Shown: positions 39,719 to 51,120 of the stretch, one piece after another
Numbering within the stretch: position 1 is the first letter of the stretch
Layout: every line of letters starts with the position of its first letter
Assembly: GCA_964057225.1 (NCBI GenBank)
Contig: OZ059898.1
Span: 13,826,001-13,890,000, forward strand
Source of the DNA: Auanema rhodensis
Lineage: Eukaryota; Animalia; Nematoda
Length of the DNA: 64,000 nt
Reading direction: 5' to 3'
Translations under genes and position numbers: made by a program
The notes under the pieces: model-generated
What the model saw: the letters and a program-made list of their open reading frames with translations, nothing else
Told to the model about the DNA's origin: nothing
Databases searched by the model: none

Positions 39719-40847
39719 TTAAACAAGATATTTGTTTTTGTAACAAGATGCTACAAGAATATCAATTTCTTCACAAGTAGCTCCTGGAAGATACATTTTA
39801 GCAAAAGTACAGTTTCTCTTGACCCAAGATTTCACATCCTTAACACCATACATATCAGCATAGTGTTTTACCTGAAGTGTAAGAAGTTTATATCAGAAGA
39901 AGATCGATTGAATATTTTAAAATAATTTTCAAATTTCATCATTTACTCATGAATAGCGACGAACTAGACTTCGTAGTTTATATGAATGCAGACAAACCTG
40001 TTGACAGTGCTTTGGTGAAAGTACAAGTGGTCTTCCATTATGATCTTTCTGAACATTTTCAGAATTGTCAGTTGAAGAGGATGGTACAGTAGCAGATCCC
40101 GAAGCCTTAGCTGGCAATTTTTGAATTTTCACCTAGATTATCAAATATTTTGCGGAGAACAAGTTAGAGTTTTTTACCTTGTGGGCTAATGGAACTTCAA
40201 TTGTTTCTCCTGATGCAGAAGGAAATTGGGAAACTGATGGAGCAGCAGCAGCTCTAACGCTACCGATTGGTCTTAGTTCTTCATCTCCTCGAGGCCAAGT
40301 TGGAGTAGCCTGAAAGATTTTCAGCATGTATTTGATATAATCTCATAATTCTGGTTTTCATATCAAGAAAGTCAAATATAAAAGATGTGAGAGATAGAGA
40401 TTGATTGACCCTTTGACCACAACAATGTAAGAAATGAAAGTGGAGGAAATGAATTTGAAGGTTATTAATGGTGAAAATTGAGATGACGTTCAATTCAAAC
40501 CTGATTATCATCTTAATCCTTATAAATTTATTTGAAATAGAAAAGATTATCAATTTAAGATTTTTGTGAGATATAAGTGATAATATAAAGATAAATGTTT
40601 CTAATAGGACATTAATCACTTTGATGAGATAGATGGAACGCTCATGAGTTGCATATCATAAAGAAATAGAAGACACAGAAAAATAAGGTTAGAAACATAC
40701 CATTCTTGCGGATTTTTTGACAATTTGAATATCTTCATCATCACCAATTTCAATACATTTATATTTTTTAGTTTTCAAGGGGTTTCTTGATGGCTTATAA
40801 CAGGAGACAACAGCCAAACTGACCAGCAACAGGGTTAGGATATGCAT
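39719..40847 (-). CDS. Secreted protein with a C-terminal cysteine-cradle (aECM CCD-like) domain
   Basis: Signal peptide MHILTLLLVSLAVVSC; Pro/Ser/Ala linker; C-terminal CQQVKHYADMYGVKDVKSWVKRNCTFAKMYLPGATCEEIDILVASC; four exons join in frame. Confidence 0.75.
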
Positions 40848-41750
40848 TTTTCTGAAATAAAATAAATTGAAAATATTATAAAAAAGTGTAAAGATAATTT
40901 AAAGCTTGTTCAGACGCATGTAGCATGAGTATAAGGAAAAATAATTTTGCAAATCTTAAGTAAGGTATACGGGAAGAAATTTAGAACAATTTTTTTGTAT
41001 GAATTGTATCTAAAAGATAAATGTCTAGATAAATAAAGAAAAAAAAATCTTTTTCTGGACATGAGGCAAAAACTCCAAAAATTTGATTAAATAGAAGAAA
41101 CTAAAATTCTCTAAAAAGAAGATGAACAAAGAAATGAAAAATAGACTTTTCAATGGAGAGCTGATTAGAAAAGTGATTGGAGGGGGAAAAGCGAAAATAA
41201 GAAAGGTGGAATTGACCCCGTTATCCATTCCTACCGTTTATGAAAATCATTTAGGATAGAAAGGGAACGAGAATTTATTTCGTCCAGCCCCTTTGGGTTT
41301 GCGCTGTTTCATACCGCTTGAAGACATTTTCTCTTTCAACACATTCATCTCTTCAGTTTCTCGTTGTAACTGACTTCTGCTGGATGAATAAACCGGGAAT
41401 GAACAAAGCTTATTCTTGATGAAAAGCCAGATTTGGTCTGTTTACCGGATAACATGAGATTGATTGAACAGCTATTATATTATAATCACTATCTAATTAA
41501 TTCATAAATCCAGTCATCTATATAGCTAGGCAGATAGCATGAAAAAACTAAAACTTTGAAAAGTTGAAATGATGAGAAACTAAGAATATAAAACTTCGAA
41601 GAAATCAACGAGAATAAAATAAAATTCTCTGGAATAATTCCATAAACATCCCCACGTTATAACTTATTATTAGAGAAAATGGCTTTCTTTTGTTATTTTG
41701 AAATAATAAAATATTATTTCCTATACATCAAATTTTTCCCAATAAATTTT

Positions 41751-41791
41751 ATAATAATAATAATAATAGTAATAATAATAATAATAATAAT
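41751..41791. repeat. (AAT)n microsatellite
   Basis: Direct reading. Confidence 0.9.
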
Positions 41792-42025
41792 GAAGAGTAA
41801 GTAGTAGCTGATCACCTTTTAAACAACATAATGATCAATAAATTTATTTACAATTTATAATAAATATACATATATTCTATTATTTTGATTTCCCGCATAA
41901 TAATAAGCATTATCTTATTATTAAAATTCCAATTATATTAATTGTTGATATAAATGAATATAATATATGAATAGATATAAAGAATGAAATTAATTACAAT
42001 CAGAAATCATGTCATTCTCTTCGTT

Positions 42026-45000
42026 TTAATTGGGTTTTTCACAGAAACCACACGTTTTTGCACAATTGTATTCAACAAGCATCTTGTCAGGAAGATTACA
42101 ATAGTTTAGTCGTTTTAAGTCTGCACATCTATAATCAAAGAAAAATTACTTCCTTATCATCTTAAAATTTAAAATAATTACCTGCTGTAAGTGTCAGAAC
42201 AATTAGGAATTGGTTTTCCACATAATCCGCAAGATTCAGCACAATTGAACTTAATTAATGCTGGTGAATAAAATTTCGAAGTACAGAAATTGCTGATTAT
42301 GCTAAGAGATTTGCAATGTACTCTGTAAGAAATATCTTTTTATAGAAAAAAAACTAAAATTTCAAATACTTACGCATCAACAAAGTCTTTGCAGGCTGAA
42401 GTACCAAGACCATTGATAGGGGCACCCTTAGTCGTTATTGTTGGAATGGTTGGACGAGTTGGTGAAAAAGTTGTTCCAGTAATAGGTGGTAGAGTTGGAA
42501 GAGTTCTTGTTGTTTGAACTGTAGAAAAAGGAGTCACTGTGGTTTTTTCTACCGTAGGTGCTGTTCTTGTAGTTATTGTTGGTGTTGTTCTTGTGGTTGC
42601 TGTTGTTGATGGGGTTCGGCCAGTAGGAGGTGTTGCACGAGTACTTGTAGTTGTAGCAGTGAGAGAAACTAAAATTATGAAAAACTGTATTATACAACTG
42701 AAATAAGTTATTAACAGAACCATATCGGTAACCAATCGTAAAGCTAGAAGAATCAAATCTATTATATCCAATAATAGGAGTTGGATTAACTGCACTTGAA
42801 AATACTCGCTTTGTGAATTCAGTGCAACAATATCTATAAAATGTATAAATTATGATGTTAAAGGTATTAAGAAAGCTTCAAACCTTGGATTAACAATTTG
42901 TTGATCAGATTTTACTTTCAATTCGACTCCATTGAAAGCACAACCGAAGTTACATTGTGAGTTTTGCATATCTAATAATTGAAGTTCAACTCTTCCATTT
43001 GTAGGAGCCTATTTATAACAAATTATATGTATATCTTAACTTTTGTATTTTTTTTACTTCAATCCAATATGTTCTAGATGTAAAAATATCTCTAATATTT
43101 CCATCTGATTGTCCCATTGTAATTGTGAAGTTTTGCCAAAATTGAGTAGCCGGTAGAGTAGTTCCACCATCATTTGTCTGAAAAAATATATCTCATAAAT
43201 ATTACTTATTATTTATTATTATTTTCTAACTCTGGTGTTACAGAAATCTCCTCCATATCCGAGAGGACAATTACATCTTCTGCAATCAGCTGGATTCTGT
43301 TCTCCTCCATTATGGCATGTGATTTTTGAAGAGCATCTCGCTTAATATATTTGTATAAAAGTAATTTAAAATAGATTTTATAAATTTAAATTGTTATTTT
43401 GATTGAATACAATTATATATTATAAATTGGTAGAGCTTCTTTCAAAAATACAATACAATTTTATTTTGTAATCGCTGATGAGCTGATCAAAAATAATTTA
43501 AAAATAATTTAATATATATTATTTGATTTCAAAATAAGATAATTTATAAATTATTTAATGACTATTTGTGATATTTATATAATATATTTCATTATAATTT
43601 CAATTATATTACTTATTAATATTTATGTAATGTTTGATATCTAAAATTAGTTTCACATTTTATACATACCTGCGCATTGATAATGTCTATTAAGCAAAGC
43701 AATATCATAGAATGATATTAGACGATTACCCATGGTATAAGCATATTCTACATTATGTGGTATGATTGAAGCTGATGTAAAATCAGTTGAAAATCTATAA
43801 TACCAACATGTACATGTTATTTTTAGAAAAATTGCTTACGCATTTGCAGCATAATGCATAAAGCTGCCATACTCGTATGGTGTATAGTTAATAACTTGAT
43901 CTGAAGATAATTTGGCAAAGTTGTAACGAGTATTTACCTAAAACATAAATCATTAAAATTATTTTCTTAATTATAATTATAAACACAATCGGATTATTGT
44001 AAAATGAAATTGTTAATTAACTACACGTGTTTACAATATAATAATGCAATATGCATCTTATCATAATTTATCACAAAAATCAACGGTTATCTACAGATAT
44101 TTGATTAAATGTTTTTGTTTTTCTCTTATTTTTTCTAGTGAATATATGCAAATACATTTATTCACTTTTTTTTATTCCGTTTGATTTTCATAATTTATAA
44201 AATTCTCACAAATTGTTGATTTTTTGATTGTCATTTTTTAAATTAATGTTTTTGTTTTTGATTAAAAAATTTTTTTTCTAAAAAACTTTAACGTAATTTG
44301 GATTTCTGGTGATGAATTTTCAAAAAATTAAACTTTTTTGAAACTTACTGGAACAGTTGTCAAATCTAATGCTACATATTCATCTCGATCATTTCTTGAT
44401 TGCATATGCCAAACTCCTAGAGCATGAGTGAACTCATGGGCTACTGTTCCAATCTATAAATGACATATTTAAAAAATACAAAGCTATTACTCTGTTTTCA
44501 TTTTCATTTGAATTCTACTTCGTTTTTTTTACATACAGATAAAGATATTAGTCAATCCAATCAACTATTTATATATCATGTTCTTTTTAATTCAATATTC
44601 TTCCTTTTTCTCTATTTTGGCTTTATTTCTCTCTCTTTCTCCCACGCTCTCTCTCTTTCTCTCTCTCTCTCTTTCTCTCTCTCACTCTCTCTCTCTCTCT
44701 CTCTTTCTCTCTTTCTCCCTTTATCGACGTTTCAATTTCTAAGATAACTGAAATTAATATATTTTGAATCTACTTTATGAATTACTATAATCTTATTATA
44801 CTTTCTTCCTATTATGTTATTTACGATTCTAATTGATTAAGCTTATACAACATACCACTTCACAACCGTCACCAATTGAGAGCGTTTGAATACCACCTAT
44901 CATACCGACACTAGAATAGCATCCACCTCCGTTCACGACCTAAATAACTTTATTTTTATTTCAAATAACGTATGTGCTTACATGAATTCTATTGAAGGCA

Positions 45001-45871
45001 ATATTGCTTTCGATGAATCGAATACATGTTCTTTCACTAATATAAGACAATGCTTGCCTGATAGATGCTCTTTTACGTGTATCTGAATATATTTATTTTT
45101 AATATTTATAAAAAAAAATTAAATGAAGATATTCAATTATATTCATCTCTTCAATATTTATTTTAACTCTCAACTAAAACTATTAATTTTTGCCTTTTTT
45201 GGTCTGGAAAATTTTGAATTTTTTATATAATTTGTTTTTCATCTAAAAGATACTAACTTATTCCAAAATCTATAGAATAATAAACTATTCCATTAGTCCA
45301 TCTTGAATATATTGATGTAACTTGACGACGGCTTCGAGATGGCAGATTTGCCACGTTTTGTTCATAATCTAACAACTGATTTCTAAAATAATTATGAATT
45401 CTGAAGTAATATGCTATTGCTACTCTGTCAGGTGAATATCTCCTTCCCACAAGAACGGTGTAAGTCCGGCTTTATCATTAATTTGGAAAAGTTCGTTCGT
45501 TTGTAAATCGCTTTGTTCTGTTTTGGTTAGCATCTAAATTTAGATATCAGAATAACAGCAGCTTTTATAAAATTCTTGATGATATAGCTCACTTTTTTTA
45601 ACTGTTCGGTATCATCAGAAGCTTGTGCTTGAAGACCTTTCAACCACTTCGAAGTAATCTGTTTGTATCGTTGAGCTTGTACGTCCAAGTCGACATTCCA
45701 AATCTATAAAAATGCAGATGAAAAATCATATATTTGCTTTTGATTGGAAAGTATTGAAAAGCTTACATGTTCTAGCTGTTTTTTTAAATTTTCTTCAACA
45801 ATGGGAGTATTGCTACTTGTAACTACTTGATGCACAAGTAGGAGAAGACCACAGAACTGAGGTCCTAACAT
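42026..45871 (-). CDS. Astacin (NAS family) zinc metalloprotease: signal, prodomain, astacin, EGF, CUB, Thr-rich linker, two ShKT domains
   Basis: HEFTHALGVWHMQSRNDRD (HExxHxxGxxH); Met-turn YGSFMHY; furin site RSRR; CHNGGEQNPADCRRCNCPLGYGG; Thr-rich exon 42370-42670; C-terminal CAESCGLC and CAKTCGFC ShKT motifs. Confidence 0.9.
44627..44720. repeat. (TC)n microsatellite in an astacin intron
   Basis: Direct reading. Confidence 0.9.
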
Positions 45872-46914
45872 TTCACAATTACTAGTGGGAATTTACGATA
45901 TACGTAAAAGAAGTGGAATCAGAATAAAAGCTAAAACAGAATCAGCTAATGAATTTTCGGTACTATATAAGGAGCCAGTCATCGTCCGCAAAAGGATTAT
46001 CCTACATTAAATCGGTCAATACATTCAGTGCATTACCTAGTCATTCTAAACCATCTGTTCTTTATAGACATAAACTGGATAAATTGCAAGACTAAGTAAA
46101 ACTTTTCGATCCAAATAGTTTTTTTATCTTATAAAACATTTTATAACAAATAAAAAAATGTAATTTTATACTCTCAGCAATATAGTAAATAAGACTCAAA
46201 ATAACAGACAATAAGGTAAATGATCAAAGAAACTAATAAAAACGTTTAATTTCGATTCAAAAAAAACTTTTTAGATGACTTTTTTGATGTATATTCTCTC
46301 CTCTTCTACGATGTTTTTATATTGTTTACTTTTGTTTGTCCGATGAATCTTGCATAAATATATTATTTATGATATGTTGTTGGCCGAGATTTTTTATATT
46401 TATTATTATACATCTTTTTCGAGTACTTTTAATTGTTTAAACTGTATAAGTATTTTTGTTCTTATATATAATATATATTTATAGAATCAAATACTGAATA
46501 TTAAAAAAAAAACAAAAAAATAAAAAGAAATTTGGGGAATTGAAGAGAGAGGAGAGAGCAAGAGAAATTAAATTGTATGGTAAAATCTTTGTAATATGTA
46601 TGTAATAATCTATGCAATTCTTCACGGTACTGATTCTAGTGTTAAATCTTACTACACAAGTTTAATTACTTTCACTATTTTTGCTCCAATTGTGTAACAT
46701 GACTTTTAAAGTTAAGTTAATTTCTTTAGTAATTTGAAGGGATATTACCAGGAAAGATTGTGAACACGAAAAGAACAGATGAGCGAGGAGGATAGATTGT
46801 TCTAATTTTTTGAAATTGTATTACTTTCTTTTAGTTGTTTAATTGGTCATTGATCGTTTTGTGTCATGTTTAGTAGTTATCAATCAATTGCTTTCTGTTT
46901 TTTTATAGAAAAAA

Positions 46915-48446
46915 ATGATCTCACAGGAATGTTTAATTGCAGCAGCTGGTACACAGTTGCATGCACATCGGTATGTCTTAATATTTAAGTTTGTAACCGC
47001 TGTTATAGGATCAATTACTCCAATTATATTTCTGAGATTAAAGGTATATTCATATATATTGTAGAATCAAGAAAAATTTTTTTTTGAATAATACATTTTA
47101 TTGCAAAAATTAAACAAAAATGTATTCATATATGCAACAAGGAAAAATAAAACATGTTTCAGGGTTTAAATTGGCTTGTCCATAAACATACAAAAATATA
47201 TTTCGCAGTTCATATGTTTTGGTCGGTTGAGTTATCAATAACTTATGCATTTATTTATGCTTATGATCTTTACAGGTAAGCTTATAATCAAGTTTTTAAG
47301 CGAAAATTGTAGAACTTTGCTTCAGAATCTCTCTTACTCGAACTGATCCTTGTGATTACTTAGTTAATAAAAAAATGGCGATGAATACACGAATTTTTCC
47401 CGTTCTTGGTATTATTGGAGAATTAACTTCTATGTTTATTATGTGTATTGAAAAAGTACTATCAACTATTGTTCCGGTCGCGTATGAACGTGTAAAAAAG
47501 CCGCATGTTGCAATAATAATATCGGCCGTATCTGTAACTACAGTTTTTTAGAATAAAATTCGAAATATAATTTTAAGATAATCTTCACAATAGCTTTTGT
47601 TTATATAGCTTTGTTTTATAATGTTGATTGGGATGTTCCTTTTTTAACAACTTTTACATTGAAAACTCCTGAAAACTCGACAGGATTTCAAGTGAGTTGT
47701 TGAAACGCTTAGCATAGTACAGCTAGACGAACAAAACTATCGTATCAACACAAAATACCTTTGCTTTTCATGTGTATATGCTAGATCTGTTCCAACTGTA
47801 AATATATAATCATACAACTCCGCCAATATTACAGACATTAGTAATCACCGAAATGGTTCTGGAAATGATAGCACTAGTTACATTCTTTTTTTCTTTACTA
47901 CGAAACAACTACCAATATAAAAAATTTTCGAATAATCATTCAATTGTTTTAGCTAACAAATACCAGGTAATATATAAGATTAACTGATGTACTGTAACAC
48001 CACTTTAAGATAACCGAAAATCGAAAGGTTCTGAAAAACCTACTCCCTTTATGTATAATACACGGAGTGTTATTGATCATCAGTTCATTTGGTTTAAGCA
48101 TATATCCATTGGTAAGAATTATTTATCAATTCAGAAAACAAAATTTATTTCTTGAGATATTCACAACTTTTGATCCTGTGACACATGCTTTTTACTTAGA
48201 ATGTATTGGCCAAGTAAGTTAAGTATTGAGAACCGTTTTTTTAGAATGTCCACCACATCAGCTTCAAAATAACAACTGAATATTTAGATTCACTTGTACT
48301 CAGTTCTAGGACCCCTTGTTTTAACATATGGAGTACTTAGAAAGCAGAAAAATGTGATTAACCAAGTTCAAGAGCAGGAAGTATATTTTGCATCGCTTAA
48401 GAATCATTTCGAAAACTTTCCAATAGTGAACAAAACAGTGAGATAA
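46915..48446 (+). CDS. Nematode chemoreceptor GPCR, sra/srab class; possibly a pseudogene (TM1 not found)
   Basis: LVHKHTKI, YDLYR...DPCDYL, CIEKVLSTIVPVAYE, LANKYQ|ITEN and QEVYFASL are srab-type motifs. Confidence 0.7.
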
Positions 48447-48616
48447 TCTAACAATATAATGTTATTCATTAAATAAATATTGGAACATGTACTAGAGTCG
48501 AATCTTGCTATAAAGAATATGCCTTTTTAAATGAATTTTTCTATCTAGATCTAATTTCAATCAGTACGAGATCATTGCGTCTATCACTTTAACTGTAAAG
48601 TATATTCCTTCTACAA

Positions 48617-48698
48617 GCAGTCATGTCCGAGTGGTTAAGGAGATTGACTAGAAATCAATTGGGCTCTGCCCGCGTAGGTTCGAATCCTGCTGACTGCG
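48617..48698 (+). tRNA. tRNA-Ser(AGA) copy 1
   Basis: GCAGTCATGTCCGAGTGGTTAAGGAGATTGACTAGAAATCAATTGGGCTCTGCCCGCGTAGGTTCGAATCCTGCTGACTGCG: anticodon arm ATTGA-CTAGAAA-TCAAT, long variable arm, A/B boxes, T-run terminator. Confidence 0.97.
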
Positions 48699-48795
48699 AA
48701 TATTTTGCACTAGAATACACTTTTTTGATCTAATTCCAATCAGTACGAGATCATTGCGTCTATCACTTTAGCTGTAAAGTATATTCCTTCTACAA

Positions 48796-48877
48796 GCAGT
48801 CATGTCCGAGTGGTTAAGGAGATTGACTAGAAATCAATTGGGCTCTGCCCGCGTAGGTTCGAATCCTGCTGACTGCG
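48796..48877 (+). tRNA. tRNA-Ser(AGA) copy 2
   Basis: Identical to copy 1. Confidence 0.97.
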
Positions 48878-48974
48878 AATATTTTGCACTAGAATACACT
48901 TTTTTGATCTAATTCCAATCAGTACGAGATCATTGCGTCTATCACTTTAGCTGTAAAGTATATTCCTTTTACAA

Positions 48975-49056
48975 GCAGTCATGTCCGAGTGGTTAAGGAG
49001 ATTGACTAGAAATCAATTGGGCTCTGCCCGCGTAGGTTCGAATCCTGCTGACTGCG
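48975..49056 (+). tRNA. tRNA-Ser(AGA) copy 3
   Basis: Identical to copy 1. Confidence 0.97.
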
Positions 49057-49153
49057 AATATTTTGCACTAGAATACACTTTTTTGATCTAATTCCAATCA
49101 GTACGAGATCATTGCGTCTATCACTTTAGCTGTAAAGTATATTCCTTCTACAA

Positions 49154-49235
49154 GCAGTCATGTCCGAGTGGTTAAGGAGATTGACTAGAAATCAATTGGG
49201 CTCTGCCCGCGTAGGTTCGAATCCTGCTGACTGCG
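49154..49235 (+). tRNA. tRNA-Ser(AGA) copy 4
   Basis: Identical to copy 1. Confidence 0.97.
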
Positions 49236-49332
49236 AATATTTTGCACTAGAATACACTTTTTTGATCTAATTCCAATAAGTACGAGATCATTGCGTCTAT
49301 CACTTTAGCTGTAAAGTATATTCCTTCTACAA

Positions 49333-49414
49333 GCAGTCATGTCCGAGTGGTTAAGGAGATTGACTAGAAATCAATTGGGCTCTGCCCGCGTAGGTTCGAA
49401 TCCTGCTGACTGCG
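49333..49414 (+). tRNA. tRNA-Ser(AGA) copy 5
   Basis: Identical to copy 1. Confidence 0.97.
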
Positions 49415-49511
49415 AATATTTTGCACTAGAATACACTTTTTTGATCTAATTTCAATCAGTACGAGATCATTGCGTCTATCACTTTAGCTGTAAAGTATAT
49501 TCCTTCTACAA

Positions 49512-49593
49512 GCAGTCATGTCCGAGTGGTTAAGGAGATTGACTAGAAATCAATTGGGCTCTGCCCGCGTAGGTTCGAATCCTGCTGACTGCG
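49512..49593 (+). tRNA. tRNA-Ser(AGA) copy 6
   Basis: Identical to copy 1. Confidence 0.97.
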
Positions 49594-49700
49594 AATATTT
49601 TGCACTAGAATACACTTTTTTGATCCCTTTCGATCTAATTCCAATCAGTACGAGATCATTGCGTCTATCACTTTAGCTGTAAAGTATATTCCTTCTACAA

Positions 49701-49782
49701 GCAGTCATGTCCGAGTGGTTAAGGAGATTGACTAGAAATCAATTGGGCTCTGCCCGCGTAGGTTCGAATCCTGCTGACTGCG
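49701..49782 (+). tRNA. tRNA-Ser(AGA) copy 7
   Basis: Identical to copy 1. Confidence 0.97.
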
Positions 49783-49889
49783 AATATTTTGCACTAGAAT
49801 ACACTTTTTTGATCCCTTTTGATCTAATTCCAATAAGTACGAGATCATTGCGTCTATCACTTTAGCTGTAAAGTATATTCCTTTTACAA

Positions 49890-49971
49890 GCAGTCATGTC
49901 CGAGTGGTTAAGGAGATTGACTAGAAATCAATTGGGCTCTGCCCGCGTAGGTTCGAATCCTGCTGACTGCG
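49890..49971 (+). tRNA. tRNA-Ser(AGA) copy 8
   Basis: Identical to copy 1. Confidence 0.97.
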
Positions 49972-50068
49972 AATATTTTGCACTAGAATACACTTTTTTG
50001 ATCTAATTCCAATCAGTACGAGATCATTGCGTCTATCACTTTAGCTGTAAAGTATATTCCTTCTACAA

Positions 50069-50150
50069 GCAGTCTTGTCCGAGTGGTTAAGGAGATTGAC
50101 TAGAAATCAATTGGGCTCTGCCCGCGTAGGTTCGAATCCTGCTGACTGCG
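50069..50150 (+). tRNA. tRNA-Ser(AGA) copy 9 (acceptor-stem variant)
   Basis: A>T at 50075. Confidence 0.9.
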
Positions 50151-50257
50151 AATATTTTGCACTAGAATACACTTTTTTGATCCCTTTCGATCTAATTCCA
50201 GTCAGTACGAGATCATTGCGTCTATCACTTTAGCCTTAAAGTATATTCCTTCTACAA

Positions 50258-50339
50258 GCAGTCATGTCCGAGTGGTTAAGGAGATTGACTAGAAATCAAT
50301 TGGGCTCTGCCCGCGTAGGTTCGAATCCTGCTGACTGCG
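50258..50339 (+). tRNA. tRNA-Ser(AGA) copy 10
   Basis: Identical to copy 1. Confidence 0.97.
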
Positions 50340-50446
50340 AATATTTTGCACTAGAATACACTTTTTTGATCCCTTTTGATCTAATTCCAATAAGTACGAG
50401 ATCATTGCGTCTATCACTCTAGCTGTAAAGTATATTCCTTCTACAA

Positions 50447-50528
50447 GCAGTCATGTCCGAGTGGTTAAGGAGATTGACTAGAAATCAATTGGGCTCTGCC
50501 CGCGTAGGTTCGAATCCTGCTGACTGCG
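50447..50528 (+). tRNA. tRNA-Ser(AGA) copy 11
   Basis: Identical to copy 1. Confidence 0.97.
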
Positions 50529-50625
50529 AATATTTTGCACTAGAATACACGTTTTTGATCTAATTCCAATAAGTACGAGATCATTGCGTCTATCACTTTA
50601 GCTGTAAAGTATATTCCTTCTACAA

Positions 50626-50707
50626 GCAGTCATGTCCGAGTGGTTAAGGAGATTGACTAGAAATCAATTGGGCTCTGCCCGCGTAGGTTCGAATCCTGCT
50701 TACTGCG
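50626..50707 (+). tRNA. tRNA-Ser(AGA) copy 12 (acceptor-stem variant)
   Basis: G>T at 50701. Confidence 0.9.
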
Positions 50708-50814
50708 AATATTTTGCACTAGAATACACTTTTTTGATCCCTTTTGATCTAATTCCAATAAGTACGAGCTCATTGCGTCTATCACTTTAGCTGTAAAGTA
50801 TATTCCTTCTACAA

Positions 50815-50896
50815 GCAGTCATGTCCGAGTGGTTAAGGAGATTGACTAGAAATCAATTGGGCTCTGCCCGCGTATGTTCGAATCCTGCTGACTGCG
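50815..50896 (+). tRNA. tRNA-Ser(AGA) copy 13 (T-stem variant)
   Basis: G>T at 50875. Confidence 0.88.
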
Positions 50897-51003
50897 AATA
50901 TTTTGCACTAGAATACACTTTTTTGATCCCTTTTGATCTAATTCCAAAAAGTACGAGATCATTGCGTCTATCACTTTAACTGTAAAGTATATTCCTTCTA
51001 CAA

Positions 51004-51085
51004 GCAGTCATGTCCGAGTGGTTGAGGAAATTTTTTAGAAATCAATTGGGCTCTGCCGGCGTAGGTTCGAATCCGGCTGATTGCG
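51004..51085 (+). pseudogene. Degenerate tRNA-Ser copy 14
   Basis: Many substitutions break the anticodon, variable and acceptor stems (gaaattttttagaaatcaatt). Confidence 0.85.
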
Positions 51086-51120
51086 AATATTTTGCATGAG
51101 AAAGCAATTTTTTGATCCCT

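Larger units (their letters stand above)
48547..51120 (+). repeat. Tandem array of 14 tRNA-Ser(AGA) units, 179 or 189 bp each
   Basis: Near-identical units (gatctaattccaatcagtacgagatcattgcg...tacaa + tRNA + aatattttgcactagaatacacttttttt). tRNA starts at 48617, 48796, 48975, 49154, 49333, 49512, 49701, 49890, 50069, 50258, 50447, 50626, 50815 and 51004. Confidence 0.97.

Noticed and set aside
44460-44747. Leu/Ser-rich ORF
   Set aside because: It is a translation of the (TC)n microsatellite in an astacin intron.
48547-51120. CRISPR-like repeat-spacer array
   Set aside because: The intervening sequences are near-identical rather than unique, the repeat is a complete eukaryotic tRNA, and there are no cas genes.
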